DNA of 64,000 nt. Origin: Anaerolineae bacterium. Lineage in GTDB: Bacteria > Chloroflexota > Anaerolineae > B4-G1 > SLSP01. This document shows positions 9,101 through 18,700 of this stretch, one piece after another. Both the position numbers and the translations under genes were made by a program. Where the stretch lies: contig JAFGFB010000292.1 in the NCBI GenBank assembly GCA_016931315.1, positions 14,699 through 78,698 on the forward strand, written 5' to 3'. The number at the start of each line of letters is the position of its first letter. The stretch's first letter is position 1. The notes under the pieces are model-generated. The model saw only the letters and a program-made list of their open reading frames with translations. It searched no databases and was not told the origin of the DNA.

Positions 9101-10728
9101 GTCTCCAACGCGGTGGCGACTTGATCGGTGACGCTACGAATCAGGGTCAGTTCCTCTTCTGTCCATACGCGATTGGGGTCGGAGAGGGTGAGCATACCGA
9201 TGGTTTGATCGCGGTATTGCATTGGCTCCATGATGGTGGTGGAGGCGGCGGCATGCGTGCCGGGGACGGCATGCGTGCCGGGGACGGCATGCGTGCCGAA
9301 AGATGCGGGTACCGGCAAAGGTAAAACCGGTTCAACCAGAACGCCATCATACTCATACGCCTGTACTTGCCGGCGGCTCAACACGCGCGCCCAGCCATCG
9401 CGGCGATAATCCTGCTGAATGAATTGGAGTTCCGCCAGGGTTCCCTGAGTTTGTTCAAGCAGCTGGGCATTGCGCAAAGCGACCGAGACCTGGTCGGCAA
9501 GCAACTGGAGGATTTCAATATCAGGCGCAGTGAAAGCGCGCACCTCGGTGCTCTGCACGTCCAAGACGCCTACAACGCGGTTCCCCACGTCAACGAGGGG
9601 CAAGGCTATCTCTGACCTGGTTTCTGGCAAATCGGGGTTATCGAACCAGACAGCATCGTCGCCAACATCGAGGGCAATACGGGGTTGCGCGGTGGCCGCC
9701 ACGGAGCCGACAAGCCCTTGTTGCCCTACGCGCAAACGATGGCCGCGCGCGAGCATCCGCTGCCCACCCTCCGATGAAGCCGCACGCAAGACGGCCCATT
9801 GCGCGGATTGATCAATCCAGAAGATGCCAGCGTGGTAGTAGCCAAACTGACGCGAGATGGCCTTGACGGTGGTTTCCAACAAGGTGGGCAGGTCTTGAAT
9901 GGTTACTGCCTCACGCGCAACCAGGGAGACTGCCTCAAGTTGCTGGTTACGGCGAGCGAGGGCGGCGGTGCGGGATTCGACCTGCTGCTCCAGGGTGGTC
10001 ACCAAATGGCGCAAGCGTCCACCCATATCGTTGAAGGCGCGTGCCAGGAAGCCAATCTCATCCGTGCGACGGCTCTCGATCTCAAAGGCCAAATCGCCAG
10101 CGCCCATGATTGCCGCCCCTTCGGTCAGTTCTTCCAGAGGCTTGAGCACTGCGCGCCGCATAAAGACCTGCAATAGAACGAGCAAGATCAACGCCAAAAC
10201 CAGGGTACCGGCGACCGCCAACCAGGGCAGCCATGGCGGATCAACGATTTGGCTAAAAGCGCCGACTACGCCATAGAGTTGCTGTCCAGAAATATCCCGG
10301 CGCGTCATGCGGCGAATGACGAGCTGCACATCGCCGTATTGTGGCACGGTGAGCTCTTGCACTTGGGTATCGGGGACATCGAACGCTACCAGCGTCTGCC
10401 CGACCATGCCCGGCGTGGAGTGCAGGATGATGGTCCCATCGCCCTGCACAAGGGCGGCAAATGCCAACTCAGGCTGACCGGAGATGCTATCCCGCAGGAA
10501 ACGATCCAAACCCGGGACATCGCGCACGGAGGCGACGAAGGGGGCAACCACGTCAATGTGCTGGCGCAGCTGTTGCGTAATCATGTGCCCTTTACCAAGG
10601 CGCGCCTCACGATATTGGTCACGAAACTCACCCCCTGCCAGAAACAACAGCGGCGTTAGCAGTAGCAATGGCAAGATGACGATGATCAGCACCATCTGCC
10701 AACGCAGGCTCAATCCTTTTCCACGCAT
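6178..10728 (-). CDS. S16: membrane HAMP + multi-GAF sensor protein with no recognisable output domain
   Basis: ATG 10728 has AAGGAG 7 nt upstream. The track ORF reaches GTG 10821 only by translating the tandem repeat as RVRLRVRL. Order: TM (VLIIVILPLLLL), periplasmic segment, TM, HAMP (AFNDMGGRLRHL), GAF (FGYYHAGIFWIDQSAQWAVLRAASSEGGQRMLARGHRLRVG...ETRSEIALPL), AW/GY module, then several more GAF-like repeats. It ends with the stub REQLIREIGDQIQAAPDVQSVLQTAARELGRALGTSRAVVRL. No H-box, GGDEF domain or HTH seen. Confidence 0.85.
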   Translation of the reverse strand: MRGKGLSLRWQMVLIIVILPLLLLTPLLFLAGGEFRDQYREARLGKGHMITQQLRQHIDVVAPFVASVRDVPGLDRFLRDSISGQPELAFAALVQGDGTIILHSTPGMVGQTLVAFDVPDTQVQELTVPQYGDVQLVIRRMTRRDISGQQLYGVVGAFSQIVDPPWLPWLAVAGTLVLALILLVLLQVFMRRAVLKPLEELTEGAAIMGAGDLAFEIESRRTDEIGFLARAFNDMGGRLRHLVTTLEQQVESRTAALARRNQQLEAVSLVAREAVTIQDLPTLLETTVKAISRQFGYYHAGIFWIDQSAQWAVLRAASSEGGQRMLARGHRLRVGQQGLVGSVAATAQPRIALDVGDDAVWFDNPDLPETRSEIALPLVDVGNRVVGVLDVQSTEVRAFTAPDIEILQLLADQVSVALRNAQLLEQTQGTLAELQFIQQDYRRDGWARVLSRRQVQAYEYDGVLVEPVLPLPVPASFGTHAVPGTHAVPGTHAAASTTIMEPMQYRDQTIGMLTLSDPNRVWTEEELTLIRSVTDQVATALETARLFEETQRTARQQALLNAVLQTAAMTLDPDQALEEIAGILARGLAMAVGVFTFRGAPTGAPGTTSAIAASQEVRLQAFVLPGGEKLLDPGIIYTLPADLQIFFHGLTEPELGKILPMGEVQTLTENYDLERVLYVPIRTATAQAGFLALIRQQQDVLLDPDTRTLARNLAGQVAVVLENLHLLEETQRRSAELQLLYEVSLRFGQVLDPEATEQLVVDQAQALLVADGAAFLRYSEPQAALHCLSVWGDLASYQGISFNPGEGLPGTALLERRVVQTEAYTTGIHTPGNPAAPVLGPALAVPLMAARGVIGVLLVARQRGALPFDAVASRLAELFAAQATVALENARLYQESARRARDLQQLYEAGLSMIGMREVEAVLNTGAEWAMRLLGVQRTRVFFWERNNALADMHAAFSGFSAADPRFAAPETLTPPRPDGVTAEVRATGRPVLINQLAADSRIASPLVDLGLVAQVAVPLRLGAEIVGVLFANSTTAGYFTEENVRLLEFLGSQLATSAQNALQFAQLQQTLGVVEIQSRYRDAVAQATAQLAERGTESMPTVLQLLGEVLETGAAQYCDLRSEGAGMYWEVGAHWTPTAANESPAASKWRLDSFPEWLPALRSHGLVRVDASRASAAEQQALEALDFRSLLLIAVPSDASAPNFLAFGDNLRERDWKPEELISVQTVAAALSSTLARERLFREVQTALAETEVLYEAGGSLNAAQTYVQILDVMRQYTALGGSAHVNAILLYDRPWTERQRPTNAMLAARWVTGAPGSNVVPNALATSPIDLSLLARGNTLALLEPYLQRDRTQVITDVEREVDEIAPAYDLFHNSLQGRTVVFTPLLVGGQAIGTFMAAYGTVTHLTEEEQRRLTTLTGQAAVAIQNIYQLEATASRARREQLIREIGDQIQAAPDVQSVLQTAARELGRALGTSRAVVRLGGVGAARRKKPTGELSPQSYAEADHESAADTEE
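9250..9298. repeat. 18-nt tandem repeat (2.7 units) in an S16 linker
   Basis: ggcatgcgtgccggggac occurs twice, followed by 13 nt of a third unit. It encodes GTHAVPGTHAVPGTHA on the minus strand. Confidence 0.9.
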
Positions 10729-10758
10729 AGGCCATTCTCCTTCATCAAAGTCCCGGAT

Positions 10759-10819
10759 GGGCGGGCGGACACGCAGGCGGACACGCAGGCGGACACGCAG
10801 GCGGACACGCAGGTCCGCC
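10759..10819. repeat. expanded REP-like element: GGGCGG + (gcggacacgcag) x4 + GTCCGCC
   Basis: gggcgggcggacacgcaggcggacacgcaggcggacacgcaggcggacacgcaggtccgcc. This is the left arm plus loop of the GGGCGGAC-acgcag-GTCCGCCC hairpin, repeated four times with a 12-nt period. Confidence 0.9.
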
Positions 10820-10820
10820 A

Positions 10821-11966
10821 CTACTCCGGGAAGGTGCCGCCAGAACTGGCGGTCACCAACAAATCAAATGACGGCAAGACTCCCCAATGGCGCGCAGCTG
10901 CCAGGTTAAGCGCCAAAATATTGCGCTCCGGGCGCGCGGGCAGAAGCACTGCGGGGTCGGTCCCTCTGGCAATTTTCAGCAACAGGTTCGCGACCGCCTT
11001 ACCCTGTTCGCCACCGGAAAGGACTAGCCCGGCAACAGCTCCGGCAGTTACGATGTCCTGCCACATGCCAAATACCGGCGCCGTTGAGTTTAGCAACGTC
11101 CAGCGCAACACTTCTTCTGGGGGAATCAGATTACCGGATGCATCACGCACGTGATCAGCCTTGCCCAGGATTACAAAATCCACAGTGTCAGATTCAGCCA
11201 CAAATGCCTGCCACTCATCCCAGTCATCTGTTTGGCGCCAAATGGGCAGCGCAGGATAAGGGGGGTCTTTGAGCAAGGTATCGAAAATCACTTCGGTGGA
11301 CATAGCGTCGGTCGAAGAAACGTCACCGAGTACCATAAATTTGGTTGAATTGGGGACCATGTTCACGGCAAGACGCGCCGTTTGAATAGGATATGGCAAT
11401 TCCAAAACGCCGGCGACATTGGCACGGCTTAAACCACTGGCTAACACATTGCCGCTGAAACTGCAGAACACGATACGCTGGTTGGGGTCAGGATAGGTCT
11501 GAACAATCTGCCGCGTGGCCTGATTTCCCACAGTAATTACGACCGTAGGTGAAAACGCCTGGCTCAGGGCAATCGCTTCGGATATCGCCGTTCGGTCTGG
11601 AGCCACTAAGGTCCCGATATCCGCAGGCAGCTGATACTCCTCTAAAAAGAGGGTCTCGCCAATCCGATATCCCCCACTGCCCACCAGAGTTTCAAGGATG
11701 CCGGTGCGCACCTGCAAAGCCCACACTGATGAGACATCACCGCCATAAATCATGAAGAGCCGCAATGTCTCCAAGCCGGTTTCGGGTGCAGCAGGGTCGC
11801 TGAGGACAGCGCTGGGGGCTACCTGGGTGCCGGGCGGCATGACGGGAGTGGGCAGACAGCCTCCCAACACCGCCAACAGCAACACAATGAGGAGCGCAGC
11901 CGTCCAGCATTTGCGCCATTTATGGCGGCGGCAGATTACCGTCCGGTATCCCAGTCGTGGGTTCAC
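10821..11966 (-). CDS. periplasmic solute-binding-like lipoprotein (ABC_sub_bind/BMP-type fold; family call tentative)
   Basis: GTG 11966 has GGAGG 6 nt upstream. Lipobox LLAVLGGC. Resembles the periplasmic domains of S10/S11 (VVITVGNQATRQIV...KFMVLGDVSS...GKAVANLLLKIARGTDPAVLLPARPERNILALNLAAARHWGV). Its stop overlaps GTG 10821 of the track ORF for S16. Confidence 0.75.
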   Translation of the reverse strand: MNPRLGYRTVICRRHKWRKCWTAALLIVLLLAVLGGCLPTPVMPPGTQVAPSAVLSDPAAPETGLETLRLFMIYGGDVSSVWALQVRTGILETLVGSGGYRIGETLFLEEYQLPADIGTLVAPDRTAISEAIALSQAFSPTVVITVGNQATRQIVQTYPDPNQRIVFCSFSGNVLASGLSRANVAGVLELPYPIQTARLAVNMVPNSTKFMVLGDVSSTDAMSTEVIFDTLLKDPPYPALPIWRQTDDWDEWQAFVAESDTVDFVILGKADHVRDASGNLIPPEEVLRWTLLNSTAPVFGMWQDIVTAGAVAGLVLSGGEQGKAVANLLLKIARGTDPAVLLPARPERNILALNLAAARHWGVLPSFDLLVTASSGGTFPE

Positions 11967-12004
11967 TGTTAACCTCCAGTCTTTGCGCCATTTATGGCGG
12001 CGGC
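11911..12004. repeat. pair of identical 22-nt direct repeats straddling the S15/lipoprotein junction
   Basis: ttgcgccatttatggcggcggc occurs at 11911-11932 and 11983-12004. The two genes read it in different frames (RRHKWRK versus AAAINGAK). Confidence 0.9.
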
Positions 12005-13867
12005 GTCTTGCCGTGCGCCATTCTGCTGTGCGGCTTCCTGCCGTGCAGTTTCCTGCCGTGGGGGCAAGAGTTGAATGCGCGCCCGTTCAACCTGCAACGC
12101 TCGCCCCAGTTCCTCAACCGCACTGCGCAACACGGCGTCTATCTGCACCGAACCGCGCACGCGCCCCACGATCTCACCGCGCGCCCGCTCACGCTGGGCA
12201 CTTAAGCGTGTGTCCTCCAACAAGCGGGCGTTCTCCAAAGCCAGCCCTAATTGGTCCACCACCGTCTCCGCGAGACGGCGTTGGTCTGCGGTCCAGGGGC
12301 GTGGGGATTCGAAAGTCAAGGTCCCGAGCAAGCGCTGCTGCACGCGCAAAGGCGCCATCAACCAGTGCGAACCGGCATATTCAAGCGTCTCCACACGGCT
12401 TGGGGGATGGTCTTCGACCAACTGGCTCAAATCCTCTGGCAAACCGGGTCGGACCACTAGACGATCGTAAGCATAGTCGAGGCGTTGGTTGCGGCGCGCG
12501 AGCGCCATGCGCCAGCCACGCACGACGTCCTCTTCCTCGTATTTTTCCAGGCGAATCAAGGATTCCTGCATTCTGCCGAGCAAGAGGACATTCTCAATAG
12601 CTGCCTCAAGGTTGTTAGCCATCAAACTTAATGCCTCGCGCGCCCCTTGATCAAATGCTTCTACCTGCGCGCTAAGAATATCCAGCACACCCATGATGCG
12701 TCCGCCCGCCTCCAAGGGCAACGCAAGCTCTGAACGAATCTCGACCCACGGCGTGATATTGCCAGACGCCGCATCTGCTTGTCCTTGCCAACGCGCAAAT
12801 TCTGCCGGCGTCGAAGCCAGGCGCGGACGTGCAGTCGCCACGACGCTCTGCAACAAGCCCGGATCTCCCAAGCGCAGGTTTTGCCACCGTTCGAAACGGT
12901 TCGGCGCTGGGACCAACGGCGCAACAGCGCCACCTTCGGTGCCGGGTACGGCGGCAGATGTAGCACGCAACCGCAAGTGCTCATGCACATCATCCACCAG
13001 ATAAATTCCGACATGCGTGACCCCAAAATTGGTACAAATAAGGTCAGCCGCAGCCTGTAACAACTCTTCAAGGTCGGTTATGCCAGTGGTGCCTTGTCCA
13101 ACGCCAACAATGGCGCGGAACTGGGTGGCACGTTCTTGCAAAGCCAGGGTACGGTCTTCAACCCGTTGCTCCAATTCCTGTTGCGAACGTTCCAGATCCT
13201 GAGTGACCACCACCAGGTTGCCCAGGGTAGAATTCAGACTACTCATGTTCAAATAGGTAAGCAATCCCGCCGTGGTAATCAACATGGCGATAACGAGGGC
13301 AAAAATCTGGAAAATTTTCGCCTCAGTCGTCAGTGCAATCGGCGCTGAATACAAGCCGAGTTGTGCAGCTCCCAGAAGCAGCACGTAATAGCCGACTACC
13401 AAAGCCGTTATCAGTAGCGAATAACGTGGGGCAATCAACGTCCCGGCAACTGTGGTCGTCCAAAGGAACAATAGCCATGCCACCGAAGTCGGGCCATCAA
13501 AGATGAAGCAGGCTATTGCAATGCCGACGAAGTTAGCCCACACATACAAAGGCACAACCCGGCGTAAATAACCTCGCTTGGCTGAGACAATAGCCAGCAG
13601 CGAGGCCGGCACAAATGCCAGGGGGAAAGCGGCGGCGATGAGCGCCGTAGACAGGTCCAGATAGCCCAGCAGGTAGCTTATTACAAACACGGCTGAAACA
13701 TAAATCACCAACCCTGTGCTGATGAGCATCAGGATATTGAAGACACGTCCCTGGCGCACAATGTCAGGATCCGAAGATTCAACACGGACCAGGCGTTCCC
13801 ACCAGTTCAAGGGCGCGGCGCCAGGATCGCCGGTTGTGCGCGGCACGACTGCCGTTTGATCTTTCAT
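11969..13867 (-). CDS. S15: polytopic-membrane GAF sensor protein with no recognisable output domain
   Basis: ATG 13867 overlaps the upstream stop (TAATG). About 6 hydrophobic helices, then a coiled coil (QDLERSQQELEQRVEDRT). Divergent GAF (FGVTHVGIYLVDD...SELALPLEAGGRIMGVLDILS). Second module (GWRMALARRNQRLDYAYD...LMAPLRVQQRLLGTLTFESPRPWTADQ). Stub RERARGEIVGRVRGSVQIDAVLRSAVEELGRALQVERARIQLL, then a Q/A-rich tail. Confidence 0.85.
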   Translation of the reverse strand: MKDQTAVVPRTTGDPGAAPLNWWERLVRVESSDPDIVRQGRVFNILMLISTGLVIYVSAVFVISYLLGYLDLSTALIAAAFPLAFVPASLLAIVSAKRGYLRRVVPLYVWANFVGIAIACFIFDGPTSVAWLLFLWTTTVAGTLIAPRYSLLITALVVGYYVLLLGAAQLGLYSAPIALTTEAKIFQIFALVIAMLITTAGLLTYLNMSSLNSTLGNLVVVTQDLERSQQELEQRVEDRTLALQERATQFRAIVGVGQGTTGITDLEELLQAAADLICTNFGVTHVGIYLVDDVHEHLRLRATSAAVPGTEGGAVAPLVPAPNRFERWQNLRLGDPGLLQSVVATARPRLASTPAEFARWQGQADAASGNITPWVEIRSELALPLEAGGRIMGVLDILSAQVEAFDQGAREALSLMANNLEAAIENVLLLGRMQESLIRLEKYEEEDVVRGWRMALARRNQRLDYAYDRLVVRPGLPEDLSQLVEDHPPSRVETLEYAGSHWLMAPLRVQQRLLGTLTFESPRPWTADQRRLAETVVDQLGLALENARLLEDTRLSAQRERARGEIVGRVRGSVQIDAVLRSAVEELGRALQVERARIQLLPPRQETARQEAAQQNGARQDAAAINGAKTGG

Positions 13868-15699
13868 TACGCCTTTGCCTCCCTTTCTTCCACCAGCGCC
13901 AGGCGCACACCAGCGCGCTCGGCATCCAATGCCTGCGCCAGGTCCGCCAATGCCTGCTGCAGAACCGCTTCGATTTCAACTTGCTGCCGGAAACGCGAGG
14001 TCAGTTCGCCGGCGGTCTGTTCCAGCGTCGCGCTGCGGCGAGTAGCCTCCAGCAGGCGGGCGTTCTCCAGAGCCAGACCCAGTTGGCCCGTCACGGCTTC
14101 CACAAGCGCCCGTTCATCTTCACGCCAGGGCTTATCCGATTCAAACATCAACCTGCCGAGGGAGCGATCCCGAACATGCAGCGGCACGAGCAGAACGTGA
14201 GAGCCATCCGAGCGCTCGTGCGATTCGATCTGGGCCGGGGCGCCAGGTAGTGCGGCGGCAGGGCCGTCGTGAGGAACGGCAAAGAGCGCCTCGCTTTCGG
14301 CGGCATCAATTCCGCGCACCTGGATACGATCATATAACAGCCCAATACGTCCTTGACGTCGCTCAAACAGCTGACGCCATTGGTCCAAGAATCCCTGTTC
14401 TTCATACCGCGAAAGCCGTCCCAACAGACCCCGCAATTGTTCCAGATTGCGAGCGTTGAGGATTGCCACCCCGAGCACATTTGCCACCGCGGTCAATACC
14501 TCAACCATTTGCTCGGAAAAGGTATCGCTCGCCTCACTTTCCAATGCCAGAACACCGATCGTCTGATCCTGCACCACAATTGGAAAAGCAGCTGCGGAAA
14601 CGGTGGCGCCCAATTCAGGGAAGCGTTTATAGTAAGGGTCTGCGGTCACGTCGGTTGCCACATAGGGCTGCCCGGTCGAGGCGGCGTGCCCAACAATGCC
14701 CTCCTCGCCCACACGCAATTGCACAGCCACGGCCGACTCGCGGACTGATATTTCCTGGACGAGGCGCTCACCCGTCTCATCAATGAGAAAGACCATCACC
14801 TGATAACTGCCAAAAGCCTCAGACAACAGATGGACAGCCCGCCGTAGCAAGTCCGGCATATCGGCAGCTAAGACAATGATACGGTTCAAATCTTGCAAGA
14901 CCCGCACCTGGTTGGAGAAACGCTCAGCCTCTTGCGTGCGCTGATGTATCTGCGCCTCAAGGGAGCCTTGGGAGTCCTGCAATGCAACTGCGACATCCTC
15001 CAACTCAGCCCGCGTGGAAGATAAATGCCCAAACACATAGACCAGTAAGGTGGCACACATCGCCAGCAAGAAGAGCATGAACAAAGGGATATAGCGCGCC
15101 TGTACTTCAGCGGAAGTGACCACCAGGGGCACATAAATGCCCGATTGTTCTAGCAGGAATGTGCTGACCCACAACGCTACCATGCCCATGAAATAGCCAA
15201 ATGTTGTGAGCGGGGACAGAAAAGCCGCGGAAACGACGATGGGCCAGACAAAGAACACCCACAGGCTTGAACGTGAGCCGCCCGCAGCAATAGCGATGAC
15301 GGCAAAAACTGCAAAGACAAAGCCAACATACGCAGCGGCAACGGCGCGATAGGCATCGCGGGGATAGGCATCGTGGCGCCGAGCACGGCGTTGGTTGAAA
15401 AAGATACTCAAGCCATGCCAAAGCAAACTAATCACTCCCACCACAACAAGCATAGAGGGGGGAATATTGAAGAACCCGCGTGCGTATACCGCCACAAAGA
15501 AAGCCGGCACAAACACGGAAAAGGCAATGCCGATCAAGAGCGCGATATTGAGCAGCGTCGCCATGCGGACTTCATAGCCGTCGCTGTCCCAGACACGCAG
15601 CAGGCGAGCCAGGGCATTCTGGGGATCAGTCTTATGGGTACGCCGCAACTGGTATTGCCGTTTCGATGGGTCCACCGCCGATGTAACTCGCAGCGCCAT
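13867..15699 (-). CDS. S14: polytopic-membrane GAF sensor protein with no recognisable output domain
   Basis: Preferred start is ATG 15699, with GGAGGAG upstream, 1 nt after the S13 stop. The track start 15741 would overlap S13 by 41 nt. About 6 TM helices. GAF (FGSYQVMVFLIDETGERL...AAFPIVVQDQTIGVLALES). Second module (FLDQWRQLFERRQGRIGLLYD...LLVPLHVRDRSLGRLMFESDKPWRED). Stub LEQTAGELTSRFRQQVEIEAVLQQALADLAQALDAERAGVRL. Confidence 0.85.
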   Translation of the reverse strand: MALRVTSAVDPSKRQYQLRRTHKTDPQNALARLLRVWDSDGYEVRMATLLNIALLIGIAFSVFVPAFFVAVYARGFFNIPPSMLVVVGVISLLWHGLSIFFNQRRARRHDAYPRDAYRAVAAAYVGFVFAVFAVIAIAAGGSRSSLWVFFVWPIVVSAAFLSPLTTFGYFMGMVALWVSTFLLEQSGIYVPLVVTSAEVQARYIPLFMLFLLAMCATLLVYVFGHLSSTRAELEDVAVALQDSQGSLEAQIHQRTQEAERFSNQVRVLQDLNRIIVLAADMPDLLRRAVHLLSEAFGSYQVMVFLIDETGERLVQEISVRESAVAVQLRVGEEGIVGHAASTGQPYVATDVTADPYYKRFPELGATVSAAAFPIVVQDQTIGVLALESEASDTFSEQMVEVLTAVANVLGVAILNARNLEQLRGLLGRLSRYEEQGFLDQWRQLFERRQGRIGLLYDRIQVRGIDAAESEALFAVPHDGPAAALPGAPAQIESHERSDGSHVLLVPLHVRDRSLGRLMFESDKPWREDERALVEAVTGQLGLALENARLLEATRRSATLEQTAGELTSRFRQQVEIEAVLQQALADLAQALDAERAGVRLALVEEREAKA

Positions 15700-15700
15700 T

Positions 15701-18700
15701 TTACTCCTCCACTTCCAATTCGACTGCGGCGCGCCGCACACCCAACGCCAAACTCAACTCGCGTAGCGCCCGTTCAAGCAGGGATTCCACCTCAACCTCA
15801 GCGCGGACTCGACCACTAATCGTGCTCGCCAGCTGTTCGCGCGTGGCACGAGCACGCGTATCCTCCAGCAAGCGCGCGGTTTCCAGAGCCTGTCCTAAAC
15901 GCGAGCCGGCTTCTTCGAGTAATGTAAGGGCATCGGGCGCCAGCTCGCCGCCACGCGAGCGCACGTTGAGCACGCCGATGACCTGCTCACGGACTCGAAT
16001 AGGGACAGCCACAGTGGTGACGCCCTCAGCAGGGCTATTTTCGGCATCGGGTGGCGGACCACCGGGTGACGGCTGTAGGGTCACGGAACGACCTTCCCGC
16101 AACGCCTGTTGGGATTCAGCGCTGAGTACAGCGGTGCCGAGTACAGCGGTGACGGCGTTGGGGGCGCTGGCGTTGGGCACAACATTTACGGGTTCAGTTG
16201 CCACTTCGGGTTCAAAACCGCGATATCTATAGCCACGCGCGCGCTGGGTCTTCGCCAGGAATTCACGCCACGACTCCAGGGTGTATGTGCCCATCACGGC
16301 TTCCAACTGGTGCACGTTGCGATCCGCTTCTTGCAAGAGACGGGAGATTTCCAACGCGTTCGCCAACTGGTCTGCCACCGTCTGCAACATCGCCACGTCA
16401 TCTGCGCTGAAGGCATCCGCCGAGGCCGATTGAATGCACAGCGCCCCCAGGGTCTGCGACCCGCGCAGCAAGGGCAAAGCGACCTCGGTTACACCTCCAG
16501 CTTCATCCTGCGGGACGAGAAGCGATATGCTCACAGATTCAGTCAGCTGTGGCTCGCGGCGCATCACACACAGCGCCGCCGAACTTTCCCCCGGCAGCGC
16601 AAGGCGCACATCACCTGCCAGGTGCTCCGCCGCGCGCGCGCCGCCGGCAGCGCGCAACACCAACCAAAGAGGGGCAACCTCTTGTGGGCGGACACTCAGA
16701 TCCGCCCCAACAGAGGGCTCGGTCTGCAAGAAGATTGCCACACCGGGATAACCCAAACGCTCTTGTATTTCCGTTACGGTCTGCGGTAGGAGCTCCGCGG
16801 CATCCAAAAGCGCTGACAGGGTGCGCGAAATGAGCGCTGCCTGCTGGAGTTTTGCCGCGCGCTGTTGCGCCGTATCCTGGATGGATTTTAGTTCAGTCAC
16901 ATCGCTGGATATGCCGACCAGGCCAATGATCTGCCCCTTGGCGTCACGCATAGGGATTTTCGTCGCCGAGAACCAGCGTGACTGACCCTCACGATTGACG
17001 ATATGTTCCAGACGGCCGATGATGGATTGTCCATCGCGAATCACGCGCAGGTCATCTTCCCAAGCGCTTTCGGCACTAGGTCCCACAAAGAAATCCAGGT
17101 CGGTCTTGCCCACGGCTTTCTCTGGGTCGGGTACGCCCAACATCGCAGCCTGAGCGGGATTGACGCGAGTGAAACGCAATTCCATGTCCTTGAAATAGAC
17201 GGTGTCCGGGATGTTGTTGATGAGGGCGCTCTGCTCGACATCCTTACGCGAGATGGCTTCCAGGCGCACCCGGTTTTCCAGCGCGACAGCAGCCTGTCCC
17301 GCCAGGTTCATCAGAATCCGCGCTTCAACCCCCGAGAAAACATGCGGTTGCCGGTAGGCGGCAACCAGCAGACCGATCCACTCGCCGCCGGCGACTAAGG
17401 GAACCAGCGCCAGGGCAGAAGCCTTGAAACGCTCGCTGAAGAAACGGCGGGCGCTGGCTTCCAGCCGATCGTCACGCTTTAAGTCCGGAATTAACGCCGG
17501 AACGTCCGGACGCACTAATTGAGCTGCACTAAACAGCGCCAGGAGGTAATGGGCGTCGAAGGCTTCCGGGTTGAGTACAACCTCCGCAATGTCGTTGGTC
17601 CATCGCGCCAGAGGGGCGAGCGCCGCCGGTGGAGCATCAGGTGTCCAGGGATGATCAAAGCGTTCAACGCTGGCAAAAATATCCGTCTCACCCAAGACCG
17701 TGTATTGCCGTAGGGCTTCGAGGATTGCGGCGTAGTCAGGGCTAGCATTAAGCTCTGAAGCGGCACGATAGAGCAGGTTGACTTCCCTGGCGTCGCGCTG
17801 ACTCTCGGCAAAGAGGCGCGCATTTTCCAGGGCCGTTGCCAGCTGGTCGGCGATCGTCGTCATCAAGATCACGTCGTTCTCGGAAAAAGCGCCACGCGCA
17901 GAGGATTGCACCGTCAACGCGCCGATTGCCTGGTCGCCACGAAGCAGGGGCACTGCCATTTCGGAGTGCGTTTCGGGCAACAGGGGGTTATCGAAGCGTA
18001 CGGCTTCAACGCCGACATCGAGCGCAATGCGCGCCTGCGCATCCCGAATACAGGCGCCAATCATGGAGGCGCCGCCGATCTCCAACCGGTGCCCGGCAGC
18101 TAACATGCGCTGCCCGGCTTCACCCGTACCGGCACGCAGCAGCGCCAGGCGACGGTCCGCGTCGGCAAGGAAAACGCCAACGTAGTAATAGTCGAAGCGG
18201 TCGCGAATGAGTATCACAGAACGCTCAAGGAGTTCCTGCAAATCGAGGATAGAAGAAGTCGCACGCGCGACTTCTGCCGCGGTTTGTAGTTGTACTGCAC
18301 GCTGCTCGACCTCCGCCAGAAGACGATTGGATTCGAGCGCATTGGCTACCTGCAAGGCGATAGTGGAGAGCAAGTCCTGATCAGAAGGGGTAAATAGATT
18401 CTCGGTGTCGTAGCTTTCGATTGCCATAACGCCGACAACCTTGCCTGCGGTCATCAACGGGACGCCCAACCAGGAGAGTGCCTCATCACCGACCAACCCT
18501 AAACCCTGCGACTCCATAAAAGCCCGGTTCTCCTCAAGGTTCGCCAGATGCAATGGACGACGATTGCGAATGATGTACCCGGTTAGCCCTTGCCCCAGCT
18601 TGTGAACGCGTGGGGCTTGTAACTCTCCGTGTGCCACCTGGAAAGCCAGAGTCCACTCGTCACGACCTTCCTGGTAGGTGGCGATGTAGAAATCTTGGGT

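Noticed and set aside
10624-10635. GGEF tetrapeptide in S16 (LAGGEFRDQ), which might hint at a diguanylate cyclase.
   Set aside because: It sits at the end of the first TM helix with none of the surrounding GGDEF-domain context, so it is a chance match.
10759-10819. Possible CRISPR array. The same question applies to the other tandem repeats at 9250-9298, 23773-23813 and 40964-41021.
   Set aside because: The units are only 12-18 nt, directly adjacent with no spacers, and mostly inside ORFs in frame. There are no cas genes in the window.
10729-10821. N-terminal extension MADLRVRLRVRLRVRLRVRPPIRDFDEGEWP of the S16 track ORF.
   Set aside because: It is simply the translation of the tandem REP-derived repeat. 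A much better start (ATG 10728 with AAGGAG) follows, directly before the first TM helix. It remains possible, so it is listed as an alternative.
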